Source of the DNA: Phyllosticta citribraziliensis
Lineage: Eukaryota
NCBI RefSeq assembly: GCF_038025025.1
Contig: NW_027117346.1
Coordinates: 62,001 to 126,000 of the forward strand
DNA length: 64,000 nucleotides
Direction: 5' to 3'
In this document: positions 13,481 through 26,450 of the stretch, one piece after another
Numbering within the stretch: position 1 is the stretch's first letter
Layout of the letters: each line of letters begins with the position of its first letter
The notes under the pieces: generated by a model
What the model was told of the DNA's origin: nothing
Databases searched by the model: none
What the model saw: the letters and a program-made list of their open reading frames with translations, nothing else
Made by a program: the position numbers and the translations under genes

Positions 13481-14458
13481 CGAATGCTCCCTGGGCGCAA
13501 CAATGGCAGCGAATGCCGTCTCGTTTCTTTCGACACGCACGGTGCGCCCGCCCACAAACACAGGCAGCCCTACTCCTTCGCCGCAGCCGCAGCATACAGC
13601 CACACAACTCTCTACGCCGAATCCTGCCTCCACCAGTGCCTCCCCTCCCATTTCCTCTCCTCTCCTCTACATGGCACCCCACCAACACAAAACACGACAC
13701 AACATGACCGCCGCTCAGCCCTGTCGAGGCCGGGCCGACTGAGCAATACGCGATGCACCATTGTCCGACAGCCGACAGCCGAAAGCCGGCTGCTTTTGGC
13801 GGACTAGTAGGCCATGTCGACGGATGGGCAGGGGATTGCGGGCCACCGGCTCCTGCGCCGTTCTCGTTGCTGGCAGGCGATGTGCGGCTATATTCGTGGT
13901 AGTAGCGGTGGTAGAAGTGGTGGTGGTTGTGGTTTGAAAAAAGACGAAAGGTGGGGCGTGGAAGGGAAGGGTGGAGGGTTTGGAGTAGGAGAGGCGAGAG
14001 GCGAGAAGTGTGAAGTGTGGAATGAGAAGAGAGAAGAAAGAAGTGCAGAGGTAACGCCGTAGGAGGGCTGTCGGTATTGTAGAAGAAGGGAAGGGAGGTG
14101 AGCAGGTAGTAGGTAGGTAAGTGAGTGAGAGAAGAAGTGGATATATGCTTGGTCCATCTCTTCTTCTCCCGCTCTTCCCCTTCTCTTGCAATGATTGGCT
14201 CCACGTAGGGATGTAGGGATGAAGGGGAGGTACGTAGTTGGGGCGGCTGCGGATATCTATATATGTGTAAATATGTAGAGCCTCAATAGTGCCGGAGATG
14301 TTTTCGTTAGATGATATGCACTGCATCATCCCCCTGTTCCCCTGGCGTCACAGCGCACCCATGTGCAGTAGGTGTATACATAGGTCGCTATATAGGTAGA
14401 GGCATGGATATAGGTCCAGGCAGAGTCGCAGCAGGTAGGTAGGTAGGTAGTAGCGCGC

Positions 14459-14489
<31 letters not shown>

Positions 14490-16033
14490 GACCTGTCGCC
14501 CAAGTTGTTGCGGAAGTTGTATCCGCCTATGTATATACTACCACTCCATCAATCGCGTGCGAGAGCGATGCCAAAGAGAAAAAAAAAAAAAAAGTGCAAG
14601 CGCCTACACGTCTCGCCACCGCAGACCAGCGAGCCAGCAAGCGCAGAGGCGCCGTTGGAAAATGCGCGCCACGGGATGAAACAAGACAGCCGCGCCCAGC
14701 CGACAAAAGACGGGGGCGGCGGGGCGGAGCGGAGCGGGCTCGGGACGGACGGCGAAGTCGAAGACGACGCGGCGTGACACAGGCGTGGGCGCGTGAAGCG
14801 AGCGAGAATTCCCGGGGCTACGAGGGTACATATTTTCGCAAAAGTCGGGACGGGAAGAAGGGAAGGGGTAGAGAAAGGGTCTTGGTTTTGTTGGTGGATG
14901 GTGGATGGGGATGGGGATGGGGTTGATGTAAGGGAGCAGTAGGGACATGGTGGGTAGGGCAGAAGAATACGGACGATATTGTGGAGCAGAAGGTGACGAT
15001 GTATGGGGATGTAGTTGTCTGGTCGAGTCGACCATGGCTGGCTGGCGGGCTGACAGGAGGCTTGGGCGGGCGGTCGGGCGATCCGGGTTCGAGGTCGAGT
15101 TCGAGTTCGGGAGGGTTTGCGGGAGCAGGGCAATCTGGAACGGGACCAACGAAAGCGGCAGCAGCCGCATCTGCACTGCACTGCACTGCACTGCAGCGGC
15201 GGTTGACGTTGAAGATGTCCGTGTGTGGAGCAGAGGGGTGAGGCAGAATTGGAGAAGATTAATGTACATACATGAGGGACGCAAGGAGAGAAGCGAAGCG
15301 GCAGCAGGCTGGCGGAGTACAGAAAAGCCAGTGAGTGCAGCGAAACCGTGGCACGGGGTGGAAAGGACGCCAAGCGCGCCATCTCATGCATGGCACAGCA
15401 GCCACAAAACGCACCACACGACGACAGGGGGTGCGCCGGGCCAAGACCACCGAAGAGCCGACAGCTGGAGGTGCGCGTGAGGTGGGGTGGCTCATGGCAG
15501 GACGACCTGAGGGCCGGAGAACAGGCACACTGGACTGCCCTGGGAGCCAAGGGAGACAGCTTAATACATGAGCGCAAAGTCGTCAGGTCGGGTCGGGTCA
15601 GGTCGCGGTTTAGCTCGCTCGACGGCGTCCGGCCAATCAGCGCCCGCGAGACTTCCCCTTACCCACACACCCAACCCTCCTCTCTACGAGCGCCCATCCG
15701 GCATATCGCCAACGCCCGCTTTGCTGTCCCCCGTCCCCGTCCCCCGTCCCCTCGTCTCGCTCCGACTCTTCTCCATCCCACTCCCATCCTCTCCCCTCAT
15801 CAACCCAACCCAACCCAACCCTCACCCCCGACGACGCTCGCCCCTCACCTCACTGCCCATCGTCTCGCAACCCACCGCCCGACCCGACCCATTGAGTGGG
15901 CGCGACCGTCTGTCGCCCACGCCGAGCCTCTCGCCTCCGCCTCGACCTCTTGACGCGTCCGACAACCTGCCCTGCCCCGACCGAGTCGCATCCTCCTCGC
16001 GACGCTTTTCCCCCCCCACAACACCCTCACCAC

Positions 16034-19000
16034 ATGGCCTCGCATCAGCAGCCCTCGCCCACGGCGGCCACTCCCGCCCACCATCCTCCTCCCCCGGGTC
16101 ACCCACAGCCCAATGGCCACCCGTCCATGCAGTCCGGCCCCAAGAGCATCACCAGCGTCCTCCAGGGCACCAACGAGACGACATGGCTGGCTCTAGGTAA
16201 TCCTCGCGCCCGCCAATCCACCCGCTCCATCTAACTGCCTCCAGGCGGCCTGTCCGAAATGATGAACGACTACGAGGGCGCCAAGCAGTGCTACGACCAC
16301 GCTTTGCGACACAACAACTGGTCCGTCCCCGCCATGCAGGCCATTTCCAGCATCCTGCGCAGCCTCGAGCAGTTCCCCGCCGCCGTCGAGTACTTGAGAA
16401 ACATTATAAAAGTCGACGCCAACAACGGCGAAGTCTGGAGCAGCCTCGGTACGCCAAATGCGCCCACGTCCACCACGTCGCCGACTGACCATCTGCAGGC
16501 CATTGCTATCTCATGATGGACGACTTGCAGCAAGCCTACTCTGCCTACCAGCAGGCCCTTTACCACCTGACGGACCCCAAGGTATGTCTGCCGCCGCTCC
16601 AATGCGCCGCCTCGTCTGACGTGATGACAGGAGCCCAAGCTTTGGTACGGAATAGGCATCCTGTACGATCGCTACGGCTCGCTCGAGCACGCCGAAGAGG
16701 CCTTTTCCCAAGTCATGCGCATGGACCCCAACTTCGAAAAGGCCAACGAAATCTACTTTCGCCTTGGCATAATCTACAAGCAGCAGCAGAAATTTACTTC
16801 GAGTTTGGAGGTGAGCTTGACTGCGCGGCATCACGTCGGCCACCGACATGCTGACCACTGCAGTGCTTCAAATACATTGTCAACGACCCGCCGCGGCCGC
16901 TCACTGAAGAGGACATCTGGTTCCAGATTGGTCACGTGCACGAGCAGCAGAAGGACGTGAGTGGCTTTTTGATCTTTTTCCCCCCCGCAAATTCTCACGC
17001 GCCACAGTACGAATCTGCCAAGATGGCCTACAAGCGCGTGCTCGAGCGCGACCAAAACCACGCCAAGGTTTTGCAGCAGCTCGGCTGGCTCTACCACCAG
17101 GCCAGCGGCAGCTTTTCGAGCCAAGAGCAGGCCATTGAATTTCTCGAGAAATCCGTTAATGCCGGTATGTATCCCGTAGAGCTTCAAAAACTCGGCTGAC
17201 TTTGCCTAGACAACAGCGATGCGCAGAGCTGGTACCTGTTGGGCCGCTGCTACATGTCGCAGCAAAAGTACCCCAAGGCGTACGAGGCCTATCAGCAGGC
17301 CGTGTACCGCGATGGCCGCAACCCAACCTTTTGGTGCTCTATCGGTGTGCTCTACTACCAAATCAACCAGTACCGCGATGCCCTCGACGCCTACTCTCGT
17401 GCCATTCGCCTGAACCCCAACATTTCCGAGGTCTGGTACGACTTGGGAACTTTGGTAAGTTGACCTCCAAGACTTGTCAAACAATTCTAACGCTGCCCAG
17501 TACGAGTCTTGCAACAACCAGACGGCCGACGCTCTTGATGCGTACCAGCGCGCCGCCGACCTCGACCCGACCAACGTGCACATTCGGGCCCGTCTCCAGC
17601 TGCTGCAGAATGGCCAGCCCACCAACGGCATGCCCAACCAGAATAGCACTCCTCTGCCGCAAGACGTCCACCCGCAAGCCTACCAACCCGGAGCCATGAA
17701 CGGTCCGCCTCAGCCCCAGTGGAGTGGTCCCCAACCGTCGCAACCTGCTCCTCAACAGGCCCTGCCCCCGACCATGGCCGGCAACGACTGGGGCCGCACC
17801 CGGCTTGCCGGCATCCAAGATCCCCAAATGCCGCCTCAGCAGCTCACCCCCTTTGAGCAACGAGATGCCGCGCTGCGGCCGCAGCAGCACCCTGCTCCCC
17901 CTAGCGCTCGTCCCGGAAGCCCTCGACAGGAGCAGCTGAGGGCACAGGAGCAAATCAGGGCGCAGTACCAGCAGGAACCCCCGAGACTTGCGGCTCCGGG
18001 CCCTGGCCGCAGGGGACTGTCGCCGTCGCCAAAGAGCCACAATGCTGCTCCGAATCTGTACCAGGGGCCGGGATCTTTGCCCCCTCAGCAAGTGCCTCCC
18101 CCGTCTCAGCTGGCACAGAGTCAGCCACCGACACAGCCGAATAGGATCGCAAACCCCAACTACGGAACCCACGCAACCAACGGCCCTGCGCCGCCGCCCG
18201 CTCTCAATGGCCCTCCGCCGCCTGGGCCTGGACCTCTTCCGCCATATGGCCGCCCGACAAGTCCACCGCCAGAGGTTCGTCCGCTTTTGGGCACTTCAGC
18301 ACCGTCGCCATCGCGCTTCCACCCGCCAGGCTACCCGGGCCACGGAGAGCCTGCACCTGGCGGCATCGCTGGCGGTGCTCCTCCGCCCGCTTCTGCTCTC
18401 GCTGCTGCCGAGGCAGCTGCTCGCGACCGAGACGAAAGACCGCCCTCTGCGGCCCCAAAGCGCCTGCGTGAGTGGGAGGACGACAACAGCGCCGCCAAGC
18501 CTCCGACCAACGATGAAAAGCGCCAACGCCTCGAGGAGACGCCTCCGCGGCGCCCGTCGCCGCCCGAGAGAATGGCGTCGCAAATGTCGCAGATGCACCG
18601 CACGCCGCCGGAACAACAAGCAGCCGACGCGCGCCGCGCCGCCGAAGAGCAGCAGCAGCGTCACATCAACGACGGCTACCACCCGTCGGAAGCAGCGCAC
18701 CACCCGCCATCGCTGCCGGCGATTGCGCACCCGCCTCCGCCTCCGCCGCCGCAGCCGCAGACGCCGCACCTCCCCGAGGTCAAGGAGGAGCGCAAGGAGC
18801 AGCACGAGCCGGCCGCGCGAAAGATGGAGGTCGACGAGGACTACGACGATAGCGGCGATGACGAGAAGGCGCGGGCCCAGCACCAGCAGCAACAACAGCA
18901 ACATGCGGGACCGCCGCGGTCTGAGCGCAATAGCCCGCGCAGCGCCAGCGTCGTGAATGGTGTGCAGCAGTCGCATGCGGCGGCGGCGGCGGCGGCAGCA

Positions 19001-19042
19001 GCAGCAGCAGCGGGCGCGCCGCTGGAAACAAAAGCTATGTAG
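16034..19042 (+). CDS. SSN6: General transcriptional corepressor Ssn6/Cyc8 (TPR protein); multi-exon
   Basis: TPR repeats with typical Ssn6 sequences (AYSAYQQALYHL, LWYGIGILYDRYG, KAYEAYQQAVYRDGRNPTFWCSIGVLYYQINQY, SEVWYDLGTL), Pro/Gln-rich C-terminus, EPAARKMEVDEDYDD motif, GT-AG introns. Confidence 0.95.
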
Positions 19043-19682
19043 AGTGTAGAGCGTGAAGCGTGGAGTATGTGGGGAGGGAGGAAGTGGGGAGGGAGTGGAT
19101 AGGGGGTGAAAGAGGAGTGAATAGGAATGGGAAAGGGAAAGGGGAATAGGGAATGGTTTTTTGAGACTACCTACCACCTACCACCTAGTATTACAGCCAT
19201 TGCGTTTGGTGTATCTTATTTCTTCTTCTTCTTCTTCTTCTTCTTCTTTTATTTCTTCGCTGTTTGTTTTCTGCTGCTGGGCCGGGGGTGGGGTGGGGGG
19301 GCGGCTGCACTGGGCTGAAGGTGGGAAGAGGTGGTGGTGAATAGGGTTTGGTGGGTGGGTGGGTGGGTGCGGTGGTTTGGGGGGCTTTGGGGCTTGGTAA
19401 CGGCCTTTATTGATTCTTGATTTCATTGATTGATTGACTCGCTGCCGACTTTTTGCTTTTTCTGTGGGGCAATTGTTCCTTTTTTTTTTGTTTTTGTTTT
19501 GTTTTTGCTTTTATCACTTTTCTTCTCTTCACTGTTGTTGTTGATGGTGTTGTTGATGATGATGATATGGTGGTGTTTTGGTAGAGATGAGTGACTTGTG
19601 GGTGGTGGTGGTGGTGGAGCAAAAGGGTGGGCATCATTGATAAATGGGCATGTATTAGTGTTGATATTTGACCGGGTTTACA

Positions 19683-19732
19683 TTCGACCTACCTTCGACC
19701 TACCTTCGACCTACCTTCGACCTACCTTCGAC
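19683..19732. repeat. 11-bp minisatellite (TTCGACCTACC)x4.5
   Basis: Four perfect copies plus a partial TTCGAC. Confidence 0.9.
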
Positions 19733-20665
19733 GACCTATGCTGTATGCTGTGTGCTACGGGCTATGGTCTGTCACTGTATATACTCATGGTCCACCACGC
19801 ACGCATAGGCAGTCAGTCCAACGGGGCCTGCATGATTGACAGTACGTACCTACCTACGTACAGCGCCTCCTTTGGGCCCCCTCCCGCCCTCTCTTTCTTG
19901 CGGCGGCGGCGGCAGCGTGGCAGCGTGGCAGCAGCGTGGCAGCAGCGTGCAAACTCAGTCTCGGTCTCGGTCGCGCCATGCAGTCATGCAATGCTAAACA
20001 GGACAGACGGATAGACGGACAGACAGGCACACAACGCGTAGCTGGACAACATGGAGCGAGCGAGCAAGTGAAGCAAGCAAGCAAGCAAGGAGCAAAGGGA
20101 AATTCATTCAATCATTCGTTTTCAACCTAAGCAGTCCCAGGTCGTCAAGCATCAATCAATCAAGCAACCAGTCAGTCATCCAGAGTGCAAAACACCGCCC
20201 GCCCGCCCGCCAATGCCCATCATCCCAGCCATGCAGCAATGCAGCCATCCATCCATCCATCATCACATCGACATGTATCTATGTCCGCCGCCGCACCGGG
20301 GTATCATCAATCTCTTCCATGCATGCCTTCCTTCTTTCTTCGTCGGTGCGTGTATGTATGTAGGGAGGGAGAGAGGGAGAGAGAGGGGGGGAGGGAGCAA
20401 CATCACGTCCTTCCGCCCGTCCGCATAGACGCACGTGCGCGCGCGCGTGCCCATGTCATGTCCATCGAGCACGCCCGTCTTCGCGTGCTCATGTCGTTCG
20501 TTACCGGATCAGACGGATGACAACAAAAGAAAAGAGAGAAACAAAACAGGAAGAGAGTAGGAAAAGGTGACTGGTGACGAGTCGGAAACCAGGAGTAAGA
20601 GAAGAAGAAGAAGAGGCAAGCGTAGAGGTTGTCCGGGTGGAGAGGTGTGTGTGTTCATTACATAT

Positions 20666-22304
20666 CTAGGCCGTATCGGACTGCGTCTCAGTCTCATCGT
20701 TGTTGTCATTGTTGTATTGGTCGTAAAAGTCATCATACAAGCTCACACTCGACGCGTCGGCAAGCGCATCCCACAGATTCATGCGCGGGTCGCCGTACAG
20801 CTTGCGCGGAATGACCGCCACGGAAGGACGAGTCGTGCTGCTCCAGAGCCGCGAGAGGAAGCCCGCGAGCTGAAAGGGCGGAGTGGGACGAGTGCTGCTG
20901 GCAGTCTCCTCCTCCTGGGCGCCAGCACCAGCCGCGTCTTGAACACGGTCGAGCTGAGCTAGGGACGCAGAGGGCTCCGCCGGGACCAGGGCGGTGGAGA
21001 CCACGTCAGCGGGGTCCGCAACTTTTGCACGGGAGACGGTGTCGTCGATAGGGGGATGTGCAGGCGGTGCGAGAGAGGTGTCGTCGTCGGCGCCCGTCAG
21101 GTGCGGAGAGTTGCAGGCGCTGACGAACTTGCGCGAAGCGTAGTCGTGCATGCTGTGCTCGGTGGCGCTGCTGTCGACGCTGGCCTTGGACGACGTCGAC
21201 GCCTGACGCGAGCGCGGCTCGCTCTTGAGGATAAACTCGCGCAACTCTGATCCAGAAATGGTCCGTCGATGGCCGTAGCTCGAGCCTGAAGAATGGGACG
21301 AGGTGGGGCGCGAGCTGTGCGACGAGCTCGGACGGGACGAGAAACCATCCTCGATGATGAGTTCGTTCATGCTCTCAATCAGCTCGCGGCCGTCGTTGAG
21401 GCGGGCAAAGTCGATGATGCGCGAGTATTGCTCGCTGCGCCGCTGAAAGTGTTGTGACAGCGTGTCCCACTCGTCGCGCCAACGCGAAATGCTCTTGGCG
21501 AGCGCGTCGTTGCGCTCGCGTCCGGGCAGCGTCCGAGCGCACTCGAATTCGATTTCTATCAAGTGGAGCCGCAGGTTTAGGAGCTGGTTGAACTCGTGGT
21601 GCAGGTCCTCGCGCAGGTTGTGGTTTTCGGCCGTCACCATTTGGTTCTTGGCGCGAAGGCCGTTGACCTGCTCGCCCAGCAAGTCGGCTTGCCTCTGGAC
21701 GAGTTTGAGTTTGGAGCGAAGGTCGGTGTTTTCCATCCTGAGCGTTTCGCCCTCCTCCATCGAGTCGACGAGGTCTTCCATGAGGGTGTGTTCGTTGTCC
21801 TGGATGCGGTTAGCTGGCCGCCATGGCGTCGTCGCGGTGACGGCTTACCTGCAGGCCGGCGAAAGTCTGACGCAACTCTCTAGACATTTTGAGCATGTTG
21901 CCGTAGACGTCATCCAGCTCCTCATGCACGCCGTCATCTTGGTCGTCGTCGCCGGTTGTTGCTGGGGGGTCGTAGCATGTTTTTGACGGACAGGGACTAT
22001 CCTCGTCGATAAACAGACCCGAGTCCTCCATGTCGGCGGGCTGGCGGGTCTGGGTGTCGGGGACGGTAAACAAGGCGTAAATATGGTCGAGCGTGGCCTG
22101 GACGTGGTGGGCGACGTCCTGAGGCACGTCTTGCCTGGTGAACTGGACGGCCAGCTGCGACAGGCGGTTGACCAGGGCGTTTTGGGTTTTTGTGGTTTGC
22201 GCTGACAGGACCGGCGAGCTGTCGGTGTAGTAGTCGGAAAAGGGAGAATCGTGGAGGACAGGGCGCGCAGGTGGCGTCGCGGGGCAGTCGATGGGCGGCG
22301 CCAT
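20666..22304 (-). CDS. Hypothetical coiled-coil protein; intron 21800-21848
   Basis: MAPPIDCPATPP start. GTAAGC...GCTAAC...CAG intron joins two long ORFs in frame. Heptad-like region (LRMENTDLRSKLKLVQRQADLL), Ser-rich tail, C-terminal NLWDALAD plus acidic end. Confidence 0.75.
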
Positions 22305-22734
22305 GGTGAAGATGGCACGCCGACAAGCGTTGGTCGAGCAGAGGAATCGAGGGCAAGGCGAGTGCTTTAAAAAAAAAAAGTCGTGACGAAAGGGCGAGGT
22401 TGAAACGGGGTAGGGAAAAAAGGCAGGTCGAAGAAGAAAAGCGTGCCTTGCCCTCGCCTCGTGAATAACGTCAAGGCGATGGCATGGTAGGAAAAGAGTG
22501 GTAAAGGTATCGAGGAGGGGAGGTGTTGGAGAGGAGGGTGGAAGGTCAGCCAGCAGCCAGCAGCCAGCATGCGGGCCGGGGTTAACGTAGGGTAGGGTCA
22601 CGGAGCCCCACCTCTTTTCTGTTCACCGCCCGCGGATCATGAATTTCGGCCACTCAATGACTGGGCTGGGCTGGGCTGTCTTTGTTCCAACTCACTCCCT
22701 CCCGTCCCGTTCTCACCACCAACCTCGTCTTGAA

Positions 22735-24545
22735 ATGGCCTCGCCCGTGAGCCTCCATCTGTTTCCTGCCGCCGAGCACCATGTTGACTGTGCACAAGCT
22801 AGGCATTGAGCCGTCGCTCGAATCGGTGCGCGACATTGTCGCATCATACATAGACTCGCCCAATCCTCCGAACCTCGTCCCCCTGTGCGCCTCGATTTCG
22901 GCCGAATTCTTGACGCCCACGTCCATATACCTCAAGATTGCCTCTAGGTCGGTGAGCATGCTGCAGCGTCGCCCCGGCACTTGCTGAGACGTACAAGGTC
23001 AAAGTCGAAGCTGTCGTTTCTCTTTGAGAGTGCCGCGACAACCGAGACGATTGGCAGGTATAGCTTTGTCGGCGCAGGTTAGTTGCCCGGGCAGACCATG
23101 TGCGTGCACGTCTGACGAACAAGACCCGCGACAGGTTCTCAAGACGGGACCCGGCCACGGCCCCGAGTGCGATCCTCTGCCCCTCCTCGAACAAGAGCTC
23201 GCCAAGGTCCGCGTCGCATCCATTCCGACCCTGAAGCTCCCGCCTCTGACGGGCGGCGCCATTGGCTATGTGGGATACGACTGCGTGCGATACTTTGAGC
23301 CCAAGACGGCGAGGGACATGAAGGACGTGCTCAAGGTGCCCGAGAGCTTCTTTATGCTCTACAACACCATTGTCGCCTTTGACCACTTTTTCCAGGCCGT
23401 CAAGGTCGTGACGTACATGCGCGTGCCCGAGAGCCTCGACGACTTGGACGCGGCGTACGGCGAGGCGCAGGCCGTGATTCAAGAGACGATTGCAAAGCTC
23501 AAGAGCGAGGACATTCCGCTGCCGGAGCAGCCGCCGATCCAGACGGACCTGCAGTACACGTCCAACATTGGGCGCGAGGGGTACGAGGGGCACGTCAGGA
23601 CGCTCAAGAAGCACATTGCCAAGGGCGACATTATCCAGGCAGTGCCGTCGCAGAGATTTTCGCGGCCGACGTCGCTGCACCCGTTCAACATTTACCGGCA
23701 CCTGCGGACGGTGAATCCGTCGCCGTATCTCTTCTTTGTCGACTGCGACGATTTCCAGATTGTCGGAGCCAGCCCAGAGCTGCTCGTCAAGGCGGACATG
23801 GGACGGGTCATTACTCACCCCATTGCGGGGACGGTCAAGCGAGGCAAGACTGCCGAAGAGGACGAGAAGCTGGCCGACGAGCTGCGCAGCTCGCTAAAGG
23901 ACAGGGCTGAACATGTCATGCTGGTGGACCTTGCACGCAATGACGTCAACAGGGTTTGCGACCCGCTGTCGACGCGGGTGGACCGGTTGATGGTGGTGCA
24001 AAAGTTTTCACACGTCCAGCACCTGGTCAGCGAGGTTTCTGGCGTGTTGCGTCAGGACAAGACGCGGTTCGACGCATTTCGGTCCATCTTCCCGGCAGGC
24101 ACGGTCAGCGGGGCGCCCAAGGTCAAGGCCATGGAGCTGATTGCAGAGCTCGAGCAGGAAAAGCGCGGCGTGTACGCTGGAGCGGTTGGCTACTTTGGCT
24201 ACGGCAGCGTCAACGCGGCGGGCGGCGAGGAGGAGGGGGCCATGGATACGGTGAGTGGACAGACAAGCCAAAACTAGTGGTGGGTCGGGCGGCTGACTAG
24301 GAGGACAGTGTATCGCGCTGCGGACCATGATGGTCAAGGACGGGGTGGCGTACCTCCAGGCGGGTGGCGGCATAGTCTTTGACAGCGATGCGTATGACGA
24401 GTGGATGGAGACGATGAACAAGCTCGGGGCAAACATGCAGTGCATCACGTCGGCAGAGAAGAAGCACCTGGGCGAGCAACAAGAACAGGAGGTAGGCAAC
24501 GGCGAAGCGGCGGCCAAGGCACACGTTGACCTAGCGGCGGGGTAA
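22735..24545 (+). CDS. TRP2: Anthranilate synthase component I; 4 introns
   Basis: [96 protein letters not shown]. Confidence 0.96.
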
Positions 24546-25526
24546 ATGGGGAGATGGGTACTGGAGGAGAATGCAAGGAACGGTGAGTGTTTGGCTCAGC
24601 GGGAAATGATGCAATGAACGGGGAAAGTGGAGAGGGTTGGCAGGGCACAGGAAGCTTGGGTAGGTTTGAGGAGTGATGGGTACATGAGTAGTGGCAAGAC
24701 CATGTCGAGCTGAGAGGACACGATGCCAACGGCGTCGGTATCCGGGAGACGTGCGTGCCAGACAAAGGATGAGAGGAGGATGCGGGTGCGGGAGACGCGG
24801 GAGGAACGATGGAGGGAGAGAGAGTAGCGGTGGCTGGAGCCTGAAGTGGCTGGAGCTAGAGTTCCGTTATGTTGGCCGGGAATCCATGACCAACCACGAC
24901 CTCAGTGCATGACCTCAGTGCAGGTCGGGTACTGTATCACGATGCGGGGCGCCACAAACGAGAGAGACATCTGATCGGACAGAGACTGACTGCGAGCAGG
25001 AACAAGAGTCAGGACAGGACGATTCTCTGGGCTTCGGTCAGACGGTGGCACAGCCATTTAATCGTGACCTCATGGCTGGATTCGGTGCGACTGCGATGCG
25101 GTGAGGTCGAGTTGGTCCTGCCGTGCCAGATCGGCGCAGGGATTCAGGCTGCACTGGTCGACAGAGAGAAAGAGAGGCGTGCCACGCGCTGGGGCGGCTG
25201 CCCTGCTCTGCTCTCCAGTCTCTGCAGTGCAGTCCAGTCCAGTCCAGTCCAGTCCAGTCCAGTGCAGTGCCATTGATGCAGCAAAACAAGATTGAGTGCC
25301 TTCCCTCGCAACTGCCTCGCCCGGGTCGTATCTACGGACGTGCCTGCTGCAACTCCCGTCGCCTGCGCTGCGTTAAAACCCGCCCTCCTCCCAACCTCTT
25401 GTTTATTCCCTCCCCCATCTCCTCCCAGCATCTACATAACCGCCCTCGGCACCTCCTTGTCGCTGTCCTAGCCCCGTCAATTCAATTGCCAGCATCCTAT
25501 TGCAAGCATCTCCTCGACTCGACATC

Positions 25527-26450
25527 ATGAAGTCCCTCTCCATCCTCGTCGCCGCCGCCTCGGTGGCCGTTGCTACCTTTGACAACCTGCCCAGCTGTGG
25601 AGTACGTCCTCAATCCCCACATCCTGGCAGGCCTGCTCACTAACCCCCCCAAAGCAAGTCTGCATGACCAACATGAACAACATCGCTATCAACGATTTCG
25701 GTTGCGCCCAGGGCAACATCGTCTGCTACTGCGAAAAGATCAACTACGGCTACGGCATCCGCGACTGCGCCAACGAGGCCTGCTCCTCGCCCCAGGATGC
25801 CGCCAACGTCATTTCCTACGGCAGCAACTACTGCGCCGGTGAGTCGCTTGTGCCAAACACCAATTCCCTGCCGCTGACACAAAACCCCCAGGTGCCCTGT
25901 CGAGCGCCGCCCCTTCGACCCCCAGCGCTCCCGGCTACAGCATCCTGTCGTCTGCCGCCGGCGGTGTCCCCTCTGGCTCTGGCACCACCCCCAGTCCTAC
26001 CGGCACCGGTACTACTGGAACTGGCACCGGCACTGGCACTGGCACTGGCGCTGGTGGCCTCCGCACCGCCATCTCGACTGTTAGTGGCACGACCATCATC
26101 ACGAGCGGCTCCCAGGTCTTGACCACGACGGGCGCCATCTCGACCCTCTTCAGCACCCTCACCTCTGCCCCCGGCAGCGTCGCCTCGTCCTTGAGCTCCG
26201 TCGTCTCCAGTGTTAACAGCTCGTTGACTTCGGAGATTTCTGGCGCCGCGTCTTCCGCTTCCGCGACTGGCTCCGCCATTGTAAGTCGACTGTTCCCATC
26301 TGTTGATTGCCTACTGACAACAACCAGGCGAGCTCCCTCACCGCATCTGGCTCGGCCACTTCGACCAGCAGCGAGGCTGCTGCTCCCCTTGCCACTGCCG
26401 CTCCGCTCCTCGGCGCCGGTGCCATGGTCGTCCTCTTGGCCGCCTTGTGA
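25527..26450 (+). CDS. Secreted CFEM-domain, Ser/Thr/Gly-rich, probably GPI-anchored cell-surface protein; 3 introns
   Basis: Signal peptide MKSLSILVAAASVAVA; 8-Cys CFEM pattern (LPSCG|QVCM...GC...CYC...GIRDC...AC...YC); Gly-Thr repeat and S/T-rich stalk; hydrophobic C-terminus LLGAGAMVVLLAAL*. Confidence 0.88.

Noticed and set aside
13276..13707. PolyQ ORF from (CAG)10, and similar ORFs across 2.9-6.7, 12-15.9 and 27.3-28.6 kb
   Set aside because: Low-complexity translations of microsatellite-rich, GC-rich intergenic DNA; no splice or domain support.
19683..19732. CRISPR-like array
   Set aside because: Head-to-tail repeats with no spacers, in eukaryotic DNA.
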